Below are positions 56,867 to 64,000 of a stretch of 64,000 bases of DNA, piece by piece. This DNA is from Faecousia sp. (GTDB taxonomy: Bacteria; Bacillota; Clostridia; Oscillospirales; Oscillospiraceae), in assembly GCA_045644625.1 (NCBI GenBank), contig JAZRHG010000052.1, positions 10,816 to 74,815 on the forward strand, given 5' to 3'. A program made the translations under genes and the position numbers. How positions within the stretch are numbered: the stretch's first letter is position 1; every line of letters begins with the position of its first letter. The notes below the pieces were generated by a model that was not told where the DNA came from, did not search any database, and saw only the letters and a list, made by a program, of their open reading frames with translations.

Positions 56867-58117
56867 TTAGATTGTTTTTGTGTCATTGGCTGTCATCTCA
56901 GGCAACCGCTCAGGCATTTGCCAATATCCAAATAACGGCAATACACACAGGAAAATAAACTCATAGGCCTTGGGATTCATCACCATCATAAAAACAGCAA
57001 TCAAGCAGGTCCACAGAAAATAGGGATAAAAATCATATTTTCTGAAGGGTTTCAGGCAAAGTTTATAAATCGTCATAAACATAACCACCAGACCAGCCAG
57101 GCCCAAAAGGCCATAATTCCCCAATGTGTCCAAAACAAAAGAGTGTGCTCCGATGTCTTTTCTGCCCCAGCCTCCCAAAAACGAGGTGTCCAGGAAACTG
57201 TTTAAGGAGGTCATATAATGCTTGTTGCGGGTCTCTGTAGATTCCGAGGAAGTTTCTTGCTCACCGCGCAGGGTTTCCGCGACCGACAAGAAACGGTCAG
57301 AGAGTGTCCTGCTGTTTGTTGCTTCGCTTGCAAATTCAAACACATCTGCAAACCACCCGGAAAACAGCAGAAACACCAGTAAAATTACCATAAGAATAAC
57401 CAGTAATCTCTTTGTGGTCAGTTTTGGCAATACCAAAAGCATCAGATTGATAAAGAACATGATTGCCGCCATACCATATTCCATCACCATTAGGCAATAG
57501 CCGATCAGCACCAGCATACCGTATCCCAGCAAAGGCTTAACCAACTTTTGTCTTGTCATATAGATTATAAGCGGAGTAAATAGCACTAATTCATAGGCAA
57601 AAGAGAAATTACCAATATTATTTTTCGTATATACACTATGCGCAAAAGTTGTTGCGGACAGTGTTGCCAGGTTTCTGGATGCATTAGGATAGTTTCCGTT
57701 TCCTATAATCGTGGTAACCGCGGTAAACAAATACATTACCAGAACAGCAAAAAACATATTTCGGCAGGTTCTTTTGTCATCCTTTGCTGCAAAACGAAAA
57801 GCAATCAGGCCATATACAAGAACCTGTATCTCACCGTAGATATACAACGCGAGTTCCTGTCCGTTAACCGCCCGGTTGACAAGGTCCAGCAAAGAGATGG
57901 CAAACATTCCGAACAGCGCCCACGTTGCCTTCCTCTGAAACTGCGGTATCAGCAACAGAAACAGCAGACCGCACATGCCCGCACGGACAATTGCAGGGGT
58001 ATAGTAACCCACAATTGGCATCACCTTATGGGCAATGTACAAGCCGATGACCAATGCGATCAGGGATATCCGTAACACGCCTTTTTTCTGTTGTGGTTGT
58101 TGCAATGTCTCAGACAC
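56867..58117 (-). CDS. wzy: Putative Wzy polymerase / O-antigen-ligase-like membrane protein
   Basis: About 11 TMs with a large loop carrying R and HS...D....YG..G. Confidence 0.7.
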   Translation of the reverse strand: MSETLQQPQQKKGVLRISLIALVIGLYIAHKVMPIVGYYTPAIVRAGMCGLLFLLLIPQFQRKATWALFGMFAISLLDLVNRAVNGQELALYIYGEIQVLVYGLIAFRFAAKDDKRTCRNMFFAVLVMYLFTAVTTIIGNGNYPNASRNLATLSATTFAHSVYTKNNIGNFSFAYELVLFTPLIIYMTRQKLVKPLLGYGMLVLIGYCLMVMEYGMAAIMFFINLMLLVLPKLTTKRLLVILMVILLVFLLFSGWFADVFEFASEATNSRTLSDRFLSVAETLRGEQETSSESTETRNKHYMTSLNSFLDTSFLGGWGRKDIGAHSFVLDTLGNYGLLGLAGLVVMFMTIYKLCLKPFRKYDFYPYFLWTCLIAVFMMVMNPKAYEFIFLCVLPLFGYWQMPERLPEMTANDTKTI

Positions 58118-58120
58118 AGT

Positions 58121-59296
58121 TCACACCTCTTTACAGATCAGGTCCAGCACTTTTTTTGCCTGGACACAGTTATTCTTTTCTTCCATCACAAACCACTTAG
58201 CTTCTGCACCCTTTTTGTGCAGCGTTTCCGGAGTTTGTGTCAAAATTTCTTTCAGCATGGCGCAGACCCCCTCTGCGTTCTCTTCTTTCAGAAGATAAAC
58301 ATAGGGATCATACTCCTTTGGCATACCGGGAAGACACGTGGTCAGCACCGGCGTACCGGAAGCCATATATTCCATATTCTTGGAAGGAAAAGAGTATTGG
58401 GTATAGTCTTCGTTGGTGGGGCGGGGATTAACCAGCAAAGTAGCTTTCAATTCCTCCGCCACAATCTTTTCATTAGGGGCAATCCCTAAATATTTTACGT
58501 TTTCATACTTGGCAGAAAGCTTCTTCAAATCTTCCACATAGTCACCGTTGCCGTAAACGTGGAGCTCCGTATTGGGAATATTGGCCTGCACAAAGCCTTC
58601 CACCAAATTCTCAATGCCATAAACCCGCTTCAAAGAGCCGGCATACAAACAGACCTTTTGGGGATACTTGCTATCCAAGCGGTTTTCCGCATTTTTCATA
58701 GCCACATCAGAGTGACCCTCCAGCACCACGTAGGGGCGTTTCTTAGGATTGACAATCTCGTTCATCTGCTCGGTCAAAAGCAAATAGCTGTCAAACCTCT
58801 GCATAACCTTCAGATTGATGCGCTCGTGGAATGGAATCTTCTGATTATTGGGGCGGTGGCAAGGTACATCCGTCACAATGCCAACCGTTTTGATGTTTCT
58901 CAGTTTTGCTGCCGCCAATGCTGCCATAGCCGCCGAGATGTTCAGTGCATCGCATACCAGTGCAGCATCTTTCTCCTTCTTCATGCACAGCACTTTGAAA
59001 AACACACTGAACAACACGGAAGCATTTCGCAGAACCGGCAGATTGATAAAGGGTACATAATGGTAGCGGATCCCCGCATAACTATCCTTCTCCCCTTTGA
59101 AAAAGATTCGAGAAGTCAGACTGCGGTTAATGGGACGACTGGACACGGCATCCACCTTTGCACCCCAGGACGTCATTCCCTCCAAAAGCAGCTGGTTATA
59201 CTTCTGTGCCTGCTGCTGGATACGTTGTCCCTTGCTCTCCACATATTCATAAAATTTCTTCGGCGAACAGCCGCTGTAGACATGAATAATATGCAT
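58121..59296 (-). CDS. GT4 glycosyltransferase
   Basis: YAGSL, NPR, FPSK..EYMASG.PV. Confidence 0.88.
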   Translation of the reverse strand: MHIIHVYSGCSPKKFYEYVESKGQRIQQQAQKYNQLLLEGMTSWGAKVDAVSSRPINRSLTSRIFFKGEKDSYAGIRYHYVPFINLPVLRNASVLFSVFFKVLCMKKEKDAALVCDALNISAAMAALAAAKLRNIKTVGIVTDVPCHRPNNQKIPFHERINLKVMQRFDSYLLLTEQMNEIVNPKKRPYVVLEGHSDVAMKNAENRLDSKYPQKVCLYAGSLKRVYGIENLVEGFVQANIPNTELHVYGNGDYVEDLKKLSAKYENVKYLGIAPNEKIVAEELKATLLVNPRPTNEDYTQYSFPSKNMEYMASGTPVLTTCLPGMPKEYDPYVYLLKEENAEGVCAMLKEILTQTPETLHKKGAEAKWFVMEEKNNCVQAKKVLDLICKEV

Positions 59297-59309
59297 AGCA
59301 CTTTCCTTT

Positions 59310-60728
59310 TTACTTTTTATTGCGGTAATTACGAAGCTTTGTTACGGGGTTGCGAAGAATATTCACAACCCGTTTTGCTTTGTCCCTAAGTGTTACTTTG
59401 TTCACAGAGAACGCTAAAAGCTTCGGCTCCAGCACTTCTATGGTTTTATAAGACAACGCCAGTTCCTTCCGCTCCTGCGCATTGCAAGAAAGAAGAACGG
59501 ATAACAATCCAGCACAGTTTGCAATCTGAATGGACACAAAATCGTTCATATCTAAAGAGTGCTCAATGGCTGCTGCCCAACCGCCAACCCTCTGCTCTAC
59601 ATAGAAACGATCCCGAATATCCACATGGAGCACAGGATTTTCCTTTACACTTTCCAGCCATACTGCAAAGGCATTGGACTGGAAGGGATCTTCCGTAAGA
59701 TCTTTGTAATAATTTTGCATATCCGTCACAAAAGCATCCGCATTCGCAACACTACGGCCGTAGGTTTGGCCGGCTTCATACAGACCGCTGCGGATCACCA
59801 AGGCGTTCTTCGGCAATTTTGCAAACTGCCCACGGACATAAAAGCCGGTGTCCGCACCCAAGGAATTACCCCCGGTGAAGTTTACATAATCTCCCTCTTT
59901 GGACTTGTCCGCAGAGCCGGACGGGATATACATATAGGGGATTCCGAAGGCCTTTGCAAGTTCCTTAGGAACTGTAATGTCGGAAGAACTGATATTGGGA
60001 TGCTGGGCGGTATAGCACCGAAACGGCACACCTGCTTTCAGCAACGCTCCAAAGGTCACCCGGGAATCCTTACCGCCGGTGAGCGCCAGCACCAATTCCC
60101 GTCCGGAAAACCGGCAGGCGTTATAAAGCCCTGTTGTCAGCAATTCCGCCACGGTGCGGCATTTTTCCTCCGTAGGCATGGCACTGCGATCTTCCATCCA
60201 ATCCTTGGAGGATACATTCAGCTCAGGTTCAAATACCAACCGCTGGGTACACAGAAGGGTCTTGCCCCCTTCCAACATACAGCCGGGCAAAACCTGCCAG
60301 CTCAAGCCGCTCTCCTTCACCACGCCCCGTGTGGGTTTTCCGGTAATTTTTGCTAAAAGCGCCAAGGAAGATGTCACAATCCAACCGTCGTTTTCCTCTG
60401 CGTAAAAAGCACTCATAAGGCCCGCCGCATCGGTGAACAGTTCTTTTTCGGTAATCAAGGTCCAACGACCGGTCCAGTATTGGGTAGCATGCAACAATGC
60501 GGCTTCCGCTGTGTTGCGAACATCCGCCTCCGGAGTCTTATTCCGGGTGTCCATACAAAAAGCATTACCCAAAAAAATAACATCCTTGCTATCGGCAGTT
60601 TGCCACAGACCCATATTCAATTCCCGGTGGGTATACAAATACTTCCCGGTGAGCCTATGCTCCTGCATATCCTCCAACTTTAACGGCCGGGAGGACAGCA
60701 CATACTGCCGCTTGGCGATATTTGTCAT
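59310..60728 (-). CDS. Asparagine-synthetase-like PP-loop ATP-dependent amide ligase
   Basis: LALTGGKDSR PP-loop, D..G....FY, G..E..; no N-terminal Cys of a glutaminase domain. Confidence 0.7.
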   Translation of the reverse strand: MTNIAKRQYVLSSRPLKLEDMQEHRLTGKYLYTHRELNMGLWQTADSKDVIFLGNAFCMDTRNKTPEADVRNTAEAALLHATQYWTGRWTLITEKELFTDAAGLMSAFYAEENDGWIVTSSLALLAKITGKPTRGVVKESGLSWQVLPGCMLEGGKTLLCTQRLVFEPELNVSSKDWMEDRSAMPTEEKCRTVAELLTTGLYNACRFSGRELVLALTGGKDSRVTFGALLKAGVPFRCYTAQHPNISSSDITVPKELAKAFGIPYMYIPSGSADKSKEGDYVNFTGGNSLGADTGFYVRGQFAKLPKNALVIRSGLYEAGQTYGRSVANADAFVTDMQNYYKDLTEDPFQSNAFAVWLESVKENPVLHVDIRDRFYVEQRVGGWAAAIEHSLDMNDFVSIQIANCAGLLSVLLSCNAQERKELALSYKTIEVLEPKLLAFSVNKVTLRDKAKRVVNILRNPVTKLRNYRNKK

Positions 60729-61873
60729 TGCGCCTCAATACTCCTTTTAGCGATCTTGCTGTAGAGGAAATGTTTGCTTGCCTCTTTCGCCGCTGTCTTA
60801 TACTGCTTGTAATTTGCAAGGATGTCTTTCGTCTTTTGGTATATCTCTTCAATGCTATCCTGCTCCAAGAACAACACATTGTCGCAGACATTCACATGGG
60901 TAGTGCCTGCCCACCTCTTTACCAGCATAGGGATTCCCTGGGCAACCACCTGCTCCCAGAACACACTGTGGCGACCGGGGAACACCGCCAGGTCGCAAGC
61001 GGCAAAATGCTGATAAGAGTCTTTTGCCTGCACCCAACCAATATAGCGTACCTTATTGCCGTCAACCAAGTCATCCACCTTGTCTTTCAGTTCCGGTGTT
61101 ACAGAACCGAATACCACCAATTTCACCTTGGGGTTTTCTATCTTATGAACTGCTTCCATCAGTAGTAGCGTCTGGGTCTTAAAAGCATCGATCTTGCCGC
61201 CGGTCATGATTACAATGTCATCCTCTGCAAGACCGTACTTTTTGCGGATATTCTGTCGCACCGCCGGTGCTGCAGCGGATTCCACCAGCTCATCGTCGGC
61301 ACCCATCACCAAAAGTTCCACCTTTTCCTTAGGCAACTTGTACTCATTTACAAGAAAATCCACACGGGCAGGCAGAACACCATAGAATTTCTTCACATAG
61401 GGATTGATGATCTGTGCGCAACGACGCCAGATAATATGGTGCAAAATATGCTTGGACACCCAGTTTGTAGCGCTGTTGGAAAAGTCTGCATGATTATCCG
61501 CATACACCACTACCTCAGGATGTTTTTTGCAGTAGTCTGCAACAATTCGAATATCTCTAAACTGCACACCGTGAATGAAGATCAGTTCCGGCGCAATCCG
61601 CTCCAATTCCTCTTCCAAGCCAATATAATAGCGCAAACGGCGGGCAGTCTTTATTTTCTTGAAATCCAAACGCGTCACAGGAATACCGTACTCACTCGAG
61701 TATTTACTAGCTTTCGGTAGCCAAGTTCCCTTGCCATTTTCATCAAAAGTAAACAGCGATGCTATAATTTCCACATCGTGCCCTTGATCTTTATGATACT
61801 TAGGCAAGTAATTCTCTTGATAAGAGTAGTTATCAATATAGAAGTTGCCCAACATTATGTGCAATATCTTCAT
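60725..61873 (-). CDS. GT4 glycosyltransferase
   Basis: MKILHI N-terminus, TGGK...K, D..VFPG.HSV.WEQ....G.P. Confidence 0.85.
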   Translation of the reverse strand: MKILHIMLGNFYIDNYSYQENYLPKYHKDQGHDVEIIASLFTFDENGKGTWLPKASKYSSEYGIPVTRLDFKKIKTARRLRYYIGLEEELERIAPELIFIHGVQFRDIRIVADYCKKHPEVVVYADNHADFSNSATNWVSKHILHHIIWRRCAQIINPYVKKFYGVLPARVDFLVNEYKLPKEKVELLVMGADDELVESAAAPAVRQNIRKKYGLAEDDIVIMTGGKIDAFKTQTLLLMEAVHKIENPKVKLVVFGSVTPELKDKVDDLVDGNKVRYIGWVQAKDSYQHFAACDLAVFPGRHSVFWEQVVAQGIPMLVKRWAGTTHVNVCDNVLFLEQDSIEEIYQKTKDILANYKQYKTAAKEASKHFLYSKIAKRSIEAQ

Positions 61874-62092
61874 GTTCTACCTCCCAAACAGTCGCTCAAT
61901 ATTACGCATCCTGTTTTACCAATCTTGCTAACATTTTAAATAATGTTTTTCCGCCAGAATCATTCCAAACTGTTTGCTGGAAACTCCCCCATTATCTTTG
62001 CTGAAGACCAACAATTTTTTGCACCTATCATGCATTATCTGGCGTATGCTTCAAAAAGGCAGTGTCACTTTTGACCGAAACCAGCAAAAGTA

Positions 62093-63319
62093 TCATTGCT
62101 TTGTCTCATTCCTTAATACTTCCACATATTTTGCCACACACGCCTTTTTTGACGCATATTCGCAGACATATTCTCTGCCACCGCAATATTGCTTTAAATC
62201 CTTTTGTATAGTTACGATAGCTTGCGCCAACAACCGTGCATCCTCCGGCTCCACACAAATTCCGGCATTTGCTTTTCGGATAATTTCTGCCAACTCACTA
62301 TCTGTATCAAAAGCAGCAATGACCGGCGTATTGCATGCCAGGATTGACCAGGTTTTACTGGGCATACCACTGGATCCCACACCCCTCTTGCAGGTAATCA
62401 GGCAAATATCACCTAAGCTGTAAACTTCAGGAACACGTTCCTGAGGCAACAAGCCGTTGATAACAACATTGGGCATAGATGACGCCAGTTCTCGTGCTGT
62501 TTCAAACTCTGCGCCACCGCCAAAGATCACGAACTGCACATCCGGCAGCAGCTTTGCAGCTTCCAGCACCACATGAGCACCCTGCGCTGCACCGAAGTTA
62601 CCGGCGTAGACCACAGTGAACTTCTCCCGATCAATGCCGAATTTTTCAAAAAGCCGATTCTCATTCTTGTCAACCGGCTGCACTGCATCCGTATCAATCC
62701 AATTAGGAATCACTACGATTTTCTCTTCCGGCACACCCTTTTCCATAATGTTGCGCTTCATTGCTTGACTGATCACGATAATCTTATCGGCTTTTTTATA
62801 TGTAGCATTCTCAATCTTGCGACCGACTTTCCAGATCAGTGACCCTTTTTTCGTCATACCTGTGGTCACCAGAGAATCAGGGAACACATCTTGTAAATTG
62901 TAAACAAAGGGAATGTTTCGTTTGTATTTTTTCGATAACCGTTTTTTTACAAGTCCGCACAACAAACCCTGTGTTGGTGGTGTGCTGCTGCTGTAAATCA
63001 AATCGATATCCTTTGCACCGCTACCTTTGCTATACTGGATAATGCCGCACAAAAAATATCGGATTGCCCGAAGCAATGGGTTTCTCCCCTCTCGGAACAT
63101 AGAAAACCGATGGACCTGATAAAAGCCGCCATACATCTCTTCGTACTTGATCTTTGCATATTTCTGCCGGGTTGCAGTATCAATTCCCCGTGTCGGAGAG
63201 GGCACATAGACCTCTGTAGTAATCCCCTCTTCCTGATAAGCACAGTTCAGATCGTGCATCAAATGGCTAGCCGCCAGCTTTTCCGGATAACAATACGCCT
63301 GCATACGAAGCACTTTCAT
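62093..63319 (-). CDS. GT4 glycosyltransferase, WbuB-like (candidate L-FucNAc transferase)
   Basis: YPE, S.PP, QD.FPDSL, PNW, YAGN.G.AQG, MPSK; co-located with fnlABC. Confidence 0.85.
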   Translation of the reverse strand: MKVLRMQAYCYPEKLAASHLMHDLNCAYQEEGITTEVYVPSPTRGIDTATRQKYAKIKYEEMYGGFYQVHRFSMFREGRNPLLRAIRYFLCGIIQYSKGSGAKDIDLIYSSSTPPTQGLLCGLVKKRLSKKYKRNIPFVYNLQDVFPDSLVTTGMTKKGSLIWKVGRKIENATYKKADKIIVISQAMKRNIMEKGVPEEKIVVIPNWIDTDAVQPVDKNENRLFEKFGIDREKFTVVYAGNFGAAQGAHVVLEAAKLLPDVQFVIFGGGAEFETARELASSMPNVVINGLLPQERVPEVYSLGDICLITCKRGVGSSGMPSKTWSILACNTPVIAAFDTDSELAEIIRKANAGICVEPEDARLLAQAIVTIQKDLKQYCGGREYVCEYASKKACVAKYVEVLRNETKQ

Positions 63320-63326
63320 AGGATTT

Positions 63327-64000
63327 CTACCTCTTACTTTTTTTGTGATACACTTCATCCAAAACACGCTCTGTCAAATCGCCAAACAAAGGACCATTGT
63401 CAAATTGATGTAAATTGATGCCGCCTTTGCGCATATTGGCTTCGATGAGTAACACATCACCATTTTCATCCACAGCCATATCCCAAGAGACCAGGCGGAA
63501 ATTGCCGATGCGCTGCGCTGCAGTTTTTACAGTTTCCAAAACCTTTTCAAAGCAAGGAATAGGATGCCCCTCAAAAACCAACCCTTGAGGATGCTTGTCA
63601 AACCGTTCACCGGTAAAATAGGTATAGGCATACTTATCCAGCCTGCCATCGGACATAATTCTTGCAGAAATGCCCCCGGCAGTCACATTGTCAATACGGC
63701 TCTTGTTTACACCCATACGCAAAACACTGGACAGAATATGAACACCATCGTCCAGCATCACTGTGCAAATACGCAAGGTATTCAGAGAATTTGCGTGTAC
63801 CGCCTCTAAATCTGCATGCTGCTTCACAATTCTTTGGATGATATAGTTTGCTTCCTTTTTATCATTCAAAAATTCCGCTACCTTTTCCTGCTCCTGCGCA
63901 GGCTTGCAGAACCAAATGCCACGGCCACTGCCACTCTCCTGGGAAGGCTTGATAATCACTTCTTCTTCCTTGCCCATAATTCCCATAGCTTCCTGCACTG
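63327..64000 (-). CDS. Sugar-transfer-associated ATP-grasp protein (N-terminus outside the window)
   Basis: IIKP....SG.G, QH, SLNTLR, R.G....DN...GG, WD.A......LIE.N. Confidence 0.82.
   Translation of the reverse strand, partial: VQEAMGIMGKEEEVIIKPSQESGSGRGIWFCKPAQEQEKVAEFLNDKKEANYIIQRIVKQHADLEAVHANSLNTLRICTVMLDDGVHILSSVLRMGVNKSRIDNVTAGGISARIMSDGRLDKYAYTYFTGERFDKHPQGLVFEGHPIPCFEKVLETVKTAAQRIGNFRLVSWDMAVDENGDVLLIEANMRKGGINLHQFDNGPLFGDLTERVLDEVYHKKSKR

Overview
Chromosomal window from a low-GC Gram-positive anaerobe (gene content and intergenic repeat families suggest Clostridia, probably Oscillospiraceae; this is inference). Four parts. (1) 0.6-16.8 kb is a cell-envelope acylation region: a Dlt-like six-gene operon (SGNH/DltD-like+FN3, MBOAT ending in FIYAQF, alpha/beta hydrolase, adenylation enzyme, GNAT, carrier protein), four acyltransferase-3 genes and a chimeric gene fused at a 13-bp microhomology. 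(2) tRNA-Leu(CAA) with a small tRNA-derived repeat element, then housekeeping genes (rnc, plsX, trmFO, topA, dprA, TrmH-type methylase, F420-ligase-like, proBAC, TraX-like, BNR hydrolase, NCS2, oxidoreductase). (3) 33.6-45.4 kb has cpsBCD converging on a RiPP-like cassette: ABC exporter, soluble S26 peptidase, two PqqD/RRE proteins, HprK-like kinase, radical SAM/SPASM enzyme and an NTP_transf_5 nucleotidyltransferase. A 36-aa precursor-like ORF missing from the ORF track (41325-41435, MKTFETPYVDVIKFNVVDVITTSEEEPDEVPIAPCF) lies directly downstream of a secreted Cys/His-repeat protein that has a ~290-nt structured leader. (4) 45.4-64 kb is a Wzx/Wzy capsule/EPS locus (ugd, fnlABC, glycosyltransferases, pyruvyl transferase, kinase, Asn-synthetase-like and ATP-grasp enzymes). 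The most notable candidate system is the lasso-like/radical-SAM peptide cassette embedded in the capsule locus. All calls are by eye from motifs; no database searches were run.
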